A DNA stretch of 64,000 bases from an uncultured Alphaproteobacteria bacterium (GCA_944390685.1 CALXQL010000006.1:24108-88107), one strand, 5' to 3'; positions 40,091-50,610 are shown, numbered from the stretch's first letter. Notes: generated by a model not told the origin, from the letters alone. Translations and numbers: made by a program.

Positions 40091-40468
40091 TATTTTATAA
40101 TATGAATTTGAACTCCCTTTTTTAAGGGAGTTTTTTATTTTTCAATTTACTTTCTTTAAATTATTTGTTATATTTTTTATTAGATATGATTTTTTCATAT
40201 TTAGTATCAGAGATGATACGGAGCTTAACAACTCTTTTATACATCAACGGTGAAGTAGCATCGTTATGTTGCTATTTTTTTTATACCCTTTTGGGTTTTA
40301 ATGGCAACTCTATTTAGCCCCAATCCTTTGCGGTTGGGGAGTCGTAGGAATATAATAGAAGTATATTTTTATAAAATATGCTTTAAATACTACGAGATCA
40401 TTGTTGATGTGTGATTTGTTAACTGCCCGGCCATATCTGATATGCAGGTTAATAAAAAGGGGGTAGTT

Positions 40469-40855
40469 ATGAAAAAGATACTTTTTACTTTTATATTCAT
40501 TTTTTATAATAGTGTTGTATTTTCCGCCACAACAGTGCAATTGGAATCTGTGCTTCAAAAATATGGCGTGCCAAAGGCAAGTGATTGCGGAACAATCAAT
40601 GAGGCTCATTATAATGGATCAGATCCAGAATGCCAAGAATGGGGTATGTTTTATGATACACAAAATCGTAGATGTGATTATTGTGAAATTGGTTATGCGA
40701 CAGATAGTAAAACCGATACAGAATGTAAACCTATAGTTTGTCCCGCAGGTTTCGGTGGTGTCATTATTCGTGATGGATTATGTCCCGCAGGTTATGGATT
40801 GTTTCAAATTACAGGTGGCAATTGTCCAGCCGGAACTATTTTAACTAAAACTTAG
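40469..40855 (+). CDS. Secreted Cys-rich protein (CxxC...CPAG repeats)
   Basis: Signal peptide MKKILFTFIFIFYNSVVFSA. 13 Cys, including CPAGFGG, CPAGYG and CPAGTI. Start moved to the Met at 40469, which has an aaggggg RBS. Confidence 0.55.
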   Translation: MKKILFTFIFIFYNSVVFSATTVQLESVLQKYGVPKASDCGTINEAHYNGSDPECQEWGMFYDTQNRRCDYCEIGYATDSKTDTECKPIVCPAGFGGVIIRDGLCPAGYGLFQITGGNCPAGTILTKT

Positions 40856-40948
40856 AAAAAATTTATGGGGAAAGTCATATTGTCCGATTACCTTCACTTT
40901 CCCCTCCCTATTTTACATTATGTGAACGAACAAAGAAAGGAGAAAAAT

Positions 40949-41734
40949 ATGAAATTAAATAAAAAACTGCTCATGCTTGGGTTGGGGATTACAGCCTCAA
41001 CGGGAGCATTAGCACAAACATTTTATCAATGTTTGCCGTGTACTGCTGGAACTTATTCCAGTAGTGGTAAGTGTATTAATTGTCCGGCTGGAAAATATCA
41101 AAATTTAACAGGGCAATTAAGTTGTAAGGCATGTCCGGCGGGAAGTTATTGTCCGGCGGGAAGTGTTGAACCGAAACCTTGTTTACCAGGACAATATCAA
41201 GATGCAACAGGGCAAGGAAGTTGTAAATCATGTCCGGCTGGACAAGTATCAAATAGTGGAGCAACATTTTGTAGGACATTTGGAAGTGGTGGAACATTGA
41301 TAGGAGTAAGTGGAGGAAGAGGAACATTGGCACCAGGAGCATATAGAGTTGAACTTTCTGGTGGTAAAGGTGGAAAAGGACAAGATAATTGGTGTTATGC
41401 AACAAATTGTAATGGTTGTTATGGTGGAAATGGTTATACAAATTCAAAAGTATTTGTAGTTACAAAAGATACAAATTATACATATTCTATTGGAAGTATT
41501 GGAGCAAATGGAAGTGGGGGACCTAGTAGTTGTAATAATAGAACACAAACACCAGGTAAACAAGGCGGAACAACCACATTTACACTTAGTGGAGTATTTA
41601 GTATATCCGCCCAAGGAGGACCTGGTGGACCAGGAGGTAGAACAGTTAATTTAGGTTGTGGTGGTGGATGTTCAAATGCTGTAGGTGGTAATGGTAGTAA
41701 TGGCAATGGTTGGCTTAAAATTTATAAAATGTAG
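40949..41734 (+). CDS. Secreted protein with eukaryote-like Cys-rich repeats (GCC2/GCC3- or TNFR/furin-like CxxCPAGxY) and a C-terminal glycine-rich domain
   Basis: Signal peptide MKLNKKLLMLGLGITASTGALAQ. Repeats CLPCTAGTYSSSGKCINCPAGKYQ, CKACPAGSYCPAGS and CKSCPAGQVS. Then GAYRVELSGGKGGKG...GGNGYTN...GGPGGPGG, which resembles the Gly-rich domain family. Start moved to the Met at 40949. Confidence 0.6.
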   Translation: MKLNKKLLMLGLGITASTGALAQTFYQCLPCTAGTYSSSGKCINCPAGKYQNLTGQLSCKACPAGSYCPAGSVEPKPCLPGQYQDATGQGSCKSCPAGQVSNSGATFCRTFGSGGTLIGVSGGRGTLAPGAYRVELSGGKGGKGQDNWCYATNCNGCYGGNGYTNSKVFVVTKDTNYTYSIGSIGANGSGGPSSCNNRTQTPGKQGGTTTFTLSGVFSISAQGGPGGPGGRTVNLGCGGGCSNAVGGNGSNGNGWLKIYKM

Positions 41735-41742
41735 TTTTAAAA

Positions 41743-41770
41743 AAATCCCCCTATAAAAAGGGGGATTTAA
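41743..41770. terminator. Bidirectional terminator between the Gly-rich protein gene and rpsA
   Basis: atccccc-tataaaaa-gggggat hairpin flanked by A-run and T-run. Confidence 0.55.
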
Positions 41771-41784
41771 AATTCAAAATCAAT

Positions 41785-43497
41785 TTATTTTTTTGATTTC
41801 TTTTCTTTTTCTTCAAGGCTTGCACCAAGAATATCGCCCAATAAAGCACCTGTATCGGTTGAGCCATATTCTTTCATTATCTTTTTTTCTTCATCAATTT
41901 CGTATGCCTTGATAGATAATGTTATTTGACGTGATTTCATATCAACATTTGTTATCTTTGCATCAACCTTTTCATCAACTGCAAAACGTTCTGGTTTTTG
42001 CTCTGATTTTGTTTTGGAAAGATCATTTGTCTTTATGAAACCTGGAAGTCCGTTAACATCTACTACAATTCCATCTTCCTTGATTTCCTTTACAACACAT
42101 GTTACAACTTCACCTTTTTTAACTTTATCAAGAGAAGAAGCAACTCTATCTTCTTTTAATTGTTTAATACCAAGTGAAATTCTTTCCTTATCAGCATCAA
42201 TTTCAAGAATCTTTGTTTTTATTACCATTGATTTTTGGTAATCTTTTACAGCTTCTTCTGGATTTTTATCCCAATCAATGTCAGATAGGTGAACCATTCC
42301 ATCAAGATCATTTCCCAAACTTACAAAAATACCAAATTCTGTAATGTTTTTGATTTCTCCTTCAATTTCATCACCAACATTATGACTTTCTGCAAATTCT
42401 TTCCATGGATTTGGTGTACATTGTTTCAAGCCCAATGATATACGGCGTTTTTCTTTATCTATTTCAAGAACCATTACATCAACTTCACTTGATACTGATA
42501 AAAATTTTGATGGTTGTAAATTCTTTTTAGTCCAGCTTATTTCACTTACATGAACTAAACCTTCTATACCATCTTCTAAATCAATAAATGCACCGTAATC
42601 AGTTAAGTTTGTAACTATACCTTTATAAATTTTTCCAACTTCAAATTTATCAATATTTTGCCATGGGTCATTTTCAAGTTGTTTCATTCCCAATGATACA
42701 CGGCTTGTTTCAGGATCAAAGTTTATAACTTTCACTTTGATTTTTTGACCTATTGTAAATAATTCGTTTGGATTTGATACTCTTTTCCATGAAATATCAG
42801 TGATGTGAAGAAGTCCATCAACTCCTCCTAAATCAATGAATACTCCATAATCTGTGATATTTTTTATAATACCTTCCATTGTATCACCGATTTTAATGTT
42901 TTTGATGATTTCATCTCTTTTTTCCGCTCTATCACCTTCTAAAATAGCTCTATGTGATACTATCAAATTTGAGCGAAGTTTATCCATCTTTATTATTTTA
43001 AATTCCATTGGTTTATTCATTATAGAGTTCATATCCTTTATTGGATTCATATCCAATTGTGATGATGGCATAAATGCCAATACTCCGTTTAAATCAACGG
43101 TATAACCACCACGAACTCTTTCAATGATTTCACCTGTGATAGTTTTATTATCTGCTACTTGTTGTTCTAATTCTTTCCATACTTCTTCTTTTCTTGCTTT
43201 TTCACGAGAAGCAACAAGAGTGCCATCAAAACCTTCATATCTTTCAACATATACATCAACTATATCGCCAACTTTTATGTCATCATTTCTAAATTCTTTT
43301 TTTTCAATATGTCCTTCTGATTTTAGGCCTACATTAACAATAACATAGTCATTTCTTATATCAACTATAGTTCCTTTTGTTACGTAACCTTCTAATTTAG
43401 AATCGGAAGAATACATTTGATTGAATAATTCGGCAAAATTTTCGCCAGTTGAAAATTGTTCTACATCAGGGGTAAAATGTGATTTATTTTTTTTCAT
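41785..43497 (-). CDS. rpsA: 30S ribosomal protein S1
   Basis: 570 aa with six S1 repeats (for example GDTMEGIIKNITDYGVFIDLGGVDGLLHITDISW). Confidence 0.9.
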   Translation of the reverse strand: MKKNKSHFTPDVEQFSTGENFAELFNQMYSSDSKLEGYVTKGTIVDIRNDYVIVNVGLKSEGHIEKKEFRNDDIKVGDIVDVYVERYEGFDGTLVASREKARKEEVWKELEQQVADNKTITGEIIERVRGGYTVDLNGVLAFMPSSQLDMNPIKDMNSIMNKPMEFKIIKMDKLRSNLIVSHRAILEGDRAEKRDEIIKNIKIGDTMEGIIKNITDYGVFIDLGGVDGLLHITDISWKRVSNPNELFTIGQKIKVKVINFDPETSRVSLGMKQLENDPWQNIDKFEVGKIYKGIVTNLTDYGAFIDLEDGIEGLVHVSEISWTKKNLQPSKFLSVSSEVDVMVLEIDKEKRRISLGLKQCTPNPWKEFAESHNVGDEIEGEIKNITEFGIFVSLGNDLDGMVHLSDIDWDKNPEEAVKDYQKSMVIKTKILEIDADKERISLGIKQLKEDRVASSLDKVKKGEVVTCVVKEIKEDGIVVDVNGLPGFIKTNDLSKTKSEQKPERFAVDEKVDAKITNVDMKSRQITLSIKAYEIDEEKKIMKEYGSTDTGALLGDILGASLEEKEKKSKK

Positions 43498-43637
43498 ATT
43501 TTCACTTTGATGTTGGCCTTACCTTACGGCTTGGACTTGTATGAGTTAATATGTATGAAATAGTTAGCATACCCTTGACTATTTCATAAGTTTCGTCGTA
43601 TTATAACTTTTATTGATTACAGAGTCAAGGGAGAAAA

Positions 43638-45956
43638 TTACTTCTTTATTTGGGATTTTACTTCTTGTTTTGTTTTATTTATATTTTTTTTAGTTGCTTC
43701 ATTTAATTTCAATTTTTCTTCCTGTATTTGTTGATTTAATTGTTCCCTTAATATAATTTGATCATCATAATCTTCCTTTGGTTGACCCTTTGCTCCACCT
43801 TCAAATGCAGTATAACAAGGATTTTTATCTTCCCTTATATTTGTTATCCATGATTTTGTTAAAACCCCTATACCAGCAGTTATAAGTGTTACTCCTCCTG
43901 TTAAAGCTCCCACTAAAGCTGTTGTAAATGCTGTTTTTGCAACATTATTGATAACCCCATCTTTACTTATTATTATTGATGGACGGGCCATTGGACCTTC
44001 TATTTTTATCATTTCAGCGAGGCTATTTGACATTTGTAAGCCTTCTTTCACTATGGTGATAATTGATACATCAAGGTATTCATCCCCTAAATTTACAAGT
44101 CCATCTATAATAATATTGGCAGCTTTGGTTTGAACTGCAATACCTCTATTACTTGTTGTTTGACCATCTTTTATATTTAAATTGACTACGGCACATTCTA
44201 TTGTGCTTTTTTCGTCTTTTGCCTCCTTACCTGTAAGAGTGCCTACTATATCATCACTTATAAATCTAAATATGGAAGAAACTAAATCTGTGGCAAGTAG
44301 CAATTTTTCTATCCTATATCCAACTAAATTACTTGTTGTATAAACCTTTACATAACCGTTTAAATTTTTCATAAATTCCGCTAGATTTTTACCATAGCCC
44401 TTTAATACTATATCAACATTTGCATTTCCTCCGGTAAATATATCTTTATAACCTGTACTTGATATAATTTTACCTATATTAACATCGGTTGCCTTTATTG
44501 ATACATCACCATTAAAGCGATTATTTTTATTGCTTGATATTGCTTCAAGTAAAACTTTTCCACCCATATAATCAAAAGAAAGAGGTGATATAGTCGCTGT
44601 GCCATTATTTAAATTTGCATTTAATCTTATATTATTTACTTCCATTTCCGGCATAGCTTTTAATTTATCTATTTTAACATTTAAAATGATATTGGCTAAA
44701 TTGAATTCCTTTATTGGTAATGGAACTCCACGAAAAGCCTTTGGATCCTCTATATATTTATGTTCTTTATGAGGTTTAGATGCACCAGTTTTCAATCTTT
44801 CAAAATAGGCAGGTTCCCATAATGGAAAGAACAATTTTGGTATATCAAATAATGGTATATGAACATTCAATTTTATATTAGGTTTTTTATTAAGTGTTGT
44901 TTCCAAATTACCATTTATTTTGGAACCTTCATAATTAAGAGCAAAATTCTTTATTGATATTATTTTTGGTGTAGCAATTATATCAATTTCCCCATCAATT
45001 GCCTTTATATTTGGAAAATCTGGAATTATATTATTTAATGATTTTTGTAAATCCTTTGAACTTACTTGCAAATTACCAGAAAATGAAGAAAAGTTATTTA
45101 TATCTTCAATTTTTGATACAAAGTTAACGTCAAGTCCGTTTATATTTGCAATCCCAATAAAAGGTGTTGTTTTGGTTTGATTTATTATGTCTTCAAAGGA
45201 ATATGTTTTAAAACTTCCCTTATATTTTTCATTTTTATATATGAAATCCGTATCTATAAATATTGGATCGGTGAAACTTTTTGAATAAAGAAAAAAGTCA
45301 TTGATTTTTATTGTATCCTTATATTTTATTTTACGATTATCATAATTTATTGTTGCATTTTCTATTTTTATACTTTTAATTGCTATTTCAAATTTTGGAC
45401 TATTTATCACTTGGGTAAGTTTTTGTTCATCTTGTCTTATTTTCTCAGCAATGTTTTTTATTGTTGGTTGTTTATCTTTTAATAATTTCTTAAAATCCCA
45501 ATTGGTATTACCCTTTGTAGAAATTTCCAAATTCAATATAGGATTTTCAATATAAATTGTATCAATTGATATTTTGCGTGTAATTAAATGTTTTAAAGAT
45601 AATAGAACAAATACATCATTGGCTTCAAATATATTAGAAGCCTTTCCCCATTTTGTATTTGATATAGATATTTTTTCTATTTTAATTGCTGGTTCAAAAG
45701 AAACAAGACGCCATGATATATCCCCTTCTATTTTAACTTTCCTTTGAAGTGTGGTTTCAAGGGTTTGTGTCAATATAGGTTTATAATCATTTGGATCTAC
45801 ATTTTTTAATAGGATAAATATACCTATCACACCGGCTACTATAATTATAAATAAAAGTCGTAATAAAAATTTTATGTTAACGAAGATAAATGAAAATACT
45901 TTTAATATTTTATTATATAAATGTAATGTAGATTTATCTTGTTTTTTATTTTTCAT
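43638..45956 (-). CDS. AsmA-family outer-membrane biogenesis protein
   Basis: 772 aa. N-terminal TM anchor and a long beta-rich body typical of the AsmA/TamB family. Ends GASKPHKE... Motif-level only. Confidence 0.6.
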   Translation of the reverse strand: MKNKKQDKSTLHLYNKILKVFSFIFVNIKFLLRLLFIIIVAGVIGIFILLKNVDPNDYKPILTQTLETTLQRKVKIEGDISWRLVSFEPAIKIEKISISNTKWGKASNIFEANDVFVLLSLKHLITRKISIDTIYIENPILNLEISTKGNTNWDFKKLLKDKQPTIKNIAEKIRQDEQKLTQVINSPKFEIAIKSIKIENATINYDNRKIKYKDTIKINDFFLYSKSFTDPIFIDTDFIYKNEKYKGSFKTYSFEDIINQTKTTPFIGIANINGLDVNFVSKIEDINNFSSFSGNLQVSSKDLQKSLNNIIPDFPNIKAIDGEIDIIATPKIISIKNFALNYEGSKINGNLETTLNKKPNIKLNVHIPLFDIPKLFFPLWEPAYFERLKTGASKPHKEHKYIEDPKAFRGVPLPIKEFNLANIILNVKIDKLKAMPEMEVNNIRLNANLNNGTATISPLSFDYMGGKVLLEAISSNKNNRFNGDVSIKATDVNIGKIISSTGYKDIFTGGNANVDIVLKGYGKNLAEFMKNLNGYVKVYTTSNLVGYRIEKLLLATDLVSSIFRFISDDIVGTLTGKEAKDEKSTIECAVVNLNIKDGQTTSNRGIAVQTKAANIIIDGLVNLGDEYLDVSIITIVKEGLQMSNSLAEMIKIEGPMARPSIIISKDGVINNVAKTAFTTALVGALTGGVTLITAGIGVLTKSWITNIREDKNPCYTAFEGGAKGQPKEDYDDQIILREQLNQQIQEEKLKLNEATKKNINKTKQEVKSQIKK

Positions 45957-45966
45957 TTCATATACC

Positions 45967-46851
45967 TTAAAAATTTAAATATTTACAAATTTTTTCAAAA
46001 TAGTCAGGTAGGGGAGCTATAATTTTTGGTTTCCCTTCAATTTCAATTTGATACGCATGAAGGTATAGTTTTCTTTCTATATTTATATCAAATGCTTCTT
46101 TTATTTTCTTAAAACTATCATCATTTGAATATTTAAAATCACCTAAAATTGCATGATTTAATTTTTGCATATGTATCCTTAATTGATGTTTACGACCAGT
46201 TAAAGGTGATAATTCAACAAGAGATAACATATTATATGCTTCATCCTTTACCTTATATAAAGAAATAGCGGTTTTCAATTTTGTTTCATCCTTTTCATCG
46301 GGAAGTGGTATTTTTATTGTGCCTGACTTTTCCTTATCATCAAAGTTTCCATATACTAATGCAAGGTAAGTTTTCTTTATTTTTTTATCCTTAAACATAT
46401 TTGTATATTTAACCGCTGAATCATAATTTTTTGCAATTAACAAAATTCCACTTGTTTCTTTATCAATTCTATGGGTTAAACGTAAATTATTATTATATTG
46501 AGGCAAAGCCATATTTATCAAACTATCAATATGTTTTGTAATACCACTTCCCCCTTGGGTGGCAAGACCTGATTGTTTATTTAAAACTATTATTTCATCA
46601 TCTTCATATATAATTGATTTTAAGATATTTTCTATATCATTATTAGTATAATTTGTATGTGTTGATTTCAAAGGTAATTTATCACCTTTATATTCATTTA
46701 TAAATGGTGGAAGTCTTACTTCATCATTTTCTTTTAATATAGTATTATAAGTTATTCTTTTACCATTTACCCTTATTTGTCCCGTCCTACATAATTTATG
46801 AAGATGAGATAAGGTTAATTGTGGATATGTTTTTTTTATCCATAAATTCAA
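45967..46851 (-). CDS. RluA-family 23S rRNA pseudouridine synthase (RluC/RluD-like) with an N-terminal S4 domain
   Basis: S4-like region LHKLCRTGQIRVNGKRI. Catalytic motif HRIDKETSGILLIAKN. Confidence 0.8.
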   Translation of the reverse strand: MNLWIKKTYPQLTLSHLHKLCRTGQIRVNGKRITYNTILKENDEVRLPPFINEYKGDKLPLKSTHTNYTNNDIENILKSIIYEDDEIIVLNKQSGLATQGGSGITKHIDSLINMALPQYNNNLRLTHRIDKETSGILLIAKNYDSAVKYTNMFKDKKIKKTYLALVYGNFDDKEKSGTIKIPLPDEKDETKLKTAISLYKVKDEAYNMLSLVELSPLTGRKHQLRIHMQKLNHAILGDFKYSNDDSFKKIKEAFDINIERKLYLHAYQIEIEGKPKIIAPLPDYFEKICKYLNF

Positions 46852-46889
46852 TTTTATTTTATCTTGTTTTATTATTTCTTTTATAATTT

Positions 46890-47699
46890 TTAAAACTCCA
46901 TATCAAAATCATAATTTTCATAAGTTTTGGTTAGACTTTCTGAAACTTCTTTTTGTTTATTTCCAAAGATTGTATATTCTTTGATGAAATTCTCTCTATA
47001 TTGTAAATACATAGTCTTGAATGTCGTATAAGAATCAATTGCTGTTTTATCAGTTGCGATTATGAAATCATAATTATTATACATACTCATCAAAGCACTT
47101 GATACATCTATGAATAATCCTGTTGCCCATCCCCAAATATAATTAAATGGATTGAAGAATGTATCAACTATTAATCCAGCGAAATCACGTGTTGTTGTTT
47201 GGGCAAAAACCGGTGCCACAAAGAAACCTCCCATAGGGACTCCCCACACTCCTAATGTTTGACCAAAATCACGCTCATCTCGCTTTATACCCATTGCCCC
47301 TGCTACATCCATTACTCCAAACATACCTGCGGTGGTATTTATCACAAATCTTCCCAATATCTTTACTCCACCAACTATATCAAGTTGTAAAAATGCATTA
47401 GCTGCAAATGTTGGCTCTTGTAAATTTTTTAAAAAATTTGAAACTCCGGTATGTATTACAGAAATTTTTTGTTCCTTATATTCATCAAATGATGGTTTTA
47501 ATATATATATCAATTTCATATTAAAATCATGCATAGCTCTACTTGTTCTTGGGAATAAGTCCGGTGTGATTTCATTATCTTGTTTTATAAGTATTTCATC
47601 TTCTTTTTGTTCTTGTAATGTTAAACCAGCCTTTGGCTCTGGTTTTGAACAGCCAAAAGAAAAAAATGCAATACTTATCAATATAAATATTTTTTTCAT
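46890..47699 (-). CDS. mlaA: MlaA/VacJ-family outer-membrane lipoprotein
   Basis: Lipobox FSFGCS. DFGQTLGVWGVPMGGFFVAPVFAQTTTRDFAGLIVD matches the MlaA core. Confidence 0.75.
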   Translation of the reverse strand: MKKIFILISIAFFSFGCSKPEPKAGLTLQEQKEDEILIKQDNEITPDLFPRTSRAMHDFNMKLIYILKPSFDEYKEQKISVIHTGVSNFLKNLQEPTFAANAFLQLDIVGGVKILGRFVINTTAGMFGVMDVAGAMGIKRDERDFGQTLGVWGVPMGGFFVAPVFAQTTTRDFAGLIVDTFFNPFNYIWGWATGLFIDVSSALMSMYNNYDFIIATDKTAIDSYTTFKTMYLQYRENFIKEYTIFGNKQKEVSESLTKTYENYDFDMEF

Positions 47700-47768
47700 A
47701 TATAATCTTTTGTTTTTACTTATTATATGATAATATATAAATATTATACTTTTGACAAGAGGAAAAAA

Positions 47769-48467
47769 ATGTTATCATTTAATGTAGATAAAAATGTGTC
47801 GCATCATATAAATCTTTATTCAAATCAAAATGATAATGATGATTTTTCTATGATAAGGCTTTGTAAAACCGCTATTGAACATAAATTTAATTCCATCTCC
47901 GTAGATATAAATCAAGTGGAAAATGTATGGAAATGGCTTGAATTTAGCAATGTAAAATTAGTCGGTATTATCAATATGTTATATAAACCTTTAAATACAA
48001 ATGATTTATTTAGGGTAATTAAGAAAACTTTTGAATCCGGAGCCGATATTGTAGAGGTGATAATGCCTTTACAATTTTGTGATATAGATACAGAAAATAT
48101 ACCTTATATATTTAAAGAATATTTAAATGTCATTAGTGAAGCAAAAGCTTTTAATCCTATTAAAATTACAATTGAAACTGCATATATTCCTTATATATCT
48201 CAAATAAATAATTTAATAGATTTAATTAGTCAATATAATATTGATTATATTAAAACTTCATCTTCATTTTATACTAAATCATCATCTATCAATCATTTAA
48301 ATTTATTTTTGAAAAAAAATATGATTAAAAACTATAATATAGACTTTTTATTTGATTATAATTCTTCATATCCTTTGATTATAAATGATGCTTTCAGATT
48401 GGCAAAAAATTATAATATTCCATCTATTGATAATTTTATTATTAGTTGTCCTATTCAATTCTTTTAA
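47769..48467 (+). CDS. Divergent DeoC/LacD-type class I aldolase-like protein (possible deoxyribose-phosphate aldolase)
   Basis: YIKTSSSF resembles the DeoC Schiff-base lysine region (FVKTSTGF), and ESGADIVEVIMPL resembles the TIM-barrel phosphate site. Start moved to the Met at 47769, which has an aagagga RBS. Confidence 0.35.
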   Translation: MLSFNVDKNVSHHINLYSNQNDNDDFSMIRLCKTAIEHKFNSISVDINQVENVWKWLEFSNVKLVGIINMLYKPLNTNDLFRVIKKTFESGADIVEVIMPLQFCDIDTENIPYIFKEYLNVISEAKAFNPIKITIETAYIPYISQINNLIDLISQYNIDYIKTSSSFYTKSSSINHLNLFLKKNMIKNYNIDFLFDYNSSYPLIINDAFRLAKNYNIPSIDNFIISCPIQFF

Positions 48468-48576
48468 TTTAGGAAAATTTACTCATTGATTTAATACTTT
48501 TTTCTAGTTATAGTTGTAATCAAGCAATTCTACAAAAGAGGGTTGTGAATTTTAACACAAAGAAAGGAAAATAATT

Positions 48577-49479
48577 ATGAGAAAAGTAAGTCTTTTAACT
48601 TTGGCTTCTGTTATCGCTCTTTCTTCTGCTGTTTCTGCTCAAACAGCCGGAGAAATGAATAATAACTCTGGTAATATGATGAGATCTACATTTAATATGC
48701 AAAGCCCATTATATAAACCAACAGAAGGTATGTTTTATTCTAAAACAAACTTCAACTATCAACCTGTAAAAGATATAGATGATAGTATGGAAATAACTGA
48801 AGAATTTGGATATGGATTTAATGATAAATTAAGCATGTCTGCTTCTATCGGTTATGGTTGGATGGATAAAGCTGCTAACCCTTTTGATAAAGATGCTCAA
48901 TTATCAAATTTAGCATTAGCTGCTGAATATAGAGCAATGCAATCTAAAACTTGGGTTTGGGATATCATGGCTGGTGTTAGCATAGATACTGCTGATGATA
49001 TGGTTAACCAATATTCTCTTAACTTACCTATAAATGATTATGGTAAAAAAGATACAGCAATATTCCTTGCTACTCAAGTAGGTTTCAACATCTATGATAT
49101 GTTTGATATCGCTGTTGATCTTGGTTATTCTTTGGATCTTGATGATAAAAAAGATTATGCCAACAAAGAACTTGGTGATACTTCATACTATCATGCAGGT
49201 GTAGAAGGTCAATTCGAATTTAATGATGATTGGTCTATGAACCTTGCTTACAAATTCAAAAAATTCGCTAACGAAGATGGATTTGATAAAGCTACTCAAC
49301 AAAACGTTGTAGTATCTGGTAACTGGCAAGCAACTGATATGACATTATTATCTTTATATGCTGATTATGATGTATCAGGTAAGTCAGACAGAAAGGATAT
49401 GTTAGGAACTGGTATCGCAGGTGATGATGGCGATGATAATCGTTGGTCAATGGGTGCCAGAGTTGGTGTTCAATTCTAA
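48577..49479 (+). CDS. Outer-membrane beta-barrel protein (porin-like)
   Basis: Signal peptide MRKVSLLTLASVIALSSAVSAQ, alternating amphipathic strands, and a C-terminal Phe (GVQF). Confidence 0.55.
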   Translation: MRKVSLLTLASVIALSSAVSAQTAGEMNNNSGNMMRSTFNMQSPLYKPTEGMFYSKTNFNYQPVKDIDDSMEITEEFGYGFNDKLSMSASIGYGWMDKAANPFDKDAQLSNLALAAEYRAMQSKTWVWDIMAGVSIDTADDMVNQYSLNLPINDYGKKDTAIFLATQVGFNIYDMFDIAVDLGYSLDLDDKKDYANKELGDTSYYHAGVEGQFEFNDDWSMNLAYKFKKFANEDGFDKATQQNVVVSGNWQATDMTLLSLYADYDVSGKSDRKDMLGTGIAGDDGDDNRWSMGARVGVQF

Positions 49480-49542
49480 CATTCCTGACTATTTAAAATT
49501 ACATTGTAAAGTATGAAAAACAAAGGTGAATATGGCAACAAG

Positions 49543-49572
49543 AAAACCACTTCTTTATGAAGTGGTTTTTTT
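49543..49572. terminator. Bidirectional terminator between the OMP gene and the 49589..50551 gene
   Basis: aaaaccacttc-tttat-gaagtggtttt hairpin followed by ttttgggttt. Confidence 0.55.
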
Positions 49573-49588
49573 GGGTTTATTTCATAAT

Positions 49589-50551
49589 TTAAAATTTCAT
49601 TAAGATATTTTCACAACTATCTGCTTTATCTTTATCTTTATTGATACCTGCAATAGTTACTCCACTTAATATAGAGCTTGTAGCAGATGTAGCACTTGAA
49701 ACACCAGTTGTAATTTTGGTTGCCAAATCCAATTTATCATTTGTGCCATCTGTATTTTTAGCATTAGTAATTGTTCCTGCTATACCTGTTGCAGTTCCTA
49801 TACCAGATGAAATAGTTGTTCCCCAAAGTTGAGCCTTTACACTTTCCATATTATTTATATCATAATTTTTACATGATGAGGTAATAGCATTTATTTGTTG
49901 CATAATTTTATCACTTGGTTCAACTTCCTCATCTTGTAATTCTAATTTTATTACAGAAATTTCATTTATATTTTTATTACAAGTTTTCATTTTATTTATC
50001 AAATCATCCATCTTGGATAATGATATTGCAGAAGTTATAACACTTGCCCCTGATGTGGCACTAGATGCAACAAGTAATCCTGTTTCCAATGCTTGTCTAT
50101 CATCTTTTTCTCCAACAAATTGTGAAGTTAATGCACCTCCTGAGGTTAATGCCCCTACCCCTGATGTGGCAGTAGTTGCAATTGTTAAACCTTGAAGTGT
50201 TTTTAATGTATCAGCTATACCAATACAATTTAATTGAGCGTTATTTAATCTTTCTTGATATTTCTTTTTGATTGCAATTATACGCTCATTTCTTTCAATT
50301 GCATCATTATCTATTGTTGGAGGGGTTGGTTCTTCTGGATTTGTAGGTTCTTCCGGATTTGTAGGTGGAAGTATTGGAATTTCACCAGGTTTATCAGGTG
50401 TAATTGTTGGCATATTTGGTGTTATCAATGTTCCATTTGCAACATTACCCCTTTTCATAGTTCTTTCAGTTCTACGTGCAGAAAAACATATATTTGTATT
50501 TGTAAATAATAAACTTGTTAATACCAATAATGAAATTTTTGTTTTATACAT
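49589..50551 (-). CDS. Secreted protein (320 aa) with PTNPEE repeats, third member of the paralogous family
   Basis: Signal peptide. PTNPEEPTNPEEPTPP repeats. Two Gly/Thr/Ser-rich modules, one with SLSKMDDLINKMKTC matching the family motif. Confidence 0.6.
   Translation of the reverse strand: MYKTKISLLVLTSLLFTNTNICFSARRTERTMKRGNVANGTLITPNMPTITPDKPGEIPILPPTNPEEPTNPEEPTPPTIDNDAIERNERIIAIKKKYQERLNNAQLNCIGIADTLKTLQGLTIATTATSGVGALTSGGALTSQFVGEKDDRQALETGLLVASSATSGASVITSAISLSKMDDLINKMKTCNKNINEISVIKLELQDEEVEPSDKIMQQINAITSSCKNYDINNMESVKAQLWGTTISSGIGTATGIAGTITNAKNTDGTNDKLDLATKITTGVSSATSATSSILSGVTIAGINKDKDKADSCENILMKF
50328..50363. repeat. Perfect-to-near-perfect 18-bp tandem repeat (2 units) encoding PTNPEE
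   Basis: ggttcttctggatttgta followed by ggttcttccggatttgta. Confidence 0.7.
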
Positions 50552-50610
50552 AGTTTTATCCTTATATATTTTTTATATATTATACTATATTTTATATTAT
50601 CTTTCAATAT

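Noticed and set aside
40310-40609. 99-aa minus-strand ORF overlapping the leader and start of the Cys-rich protein gene
   Set aside because: It overlaps the better-supported plus-strand gene and its upstream GC hairpin, and its composition is unlike neighbouring proteins.
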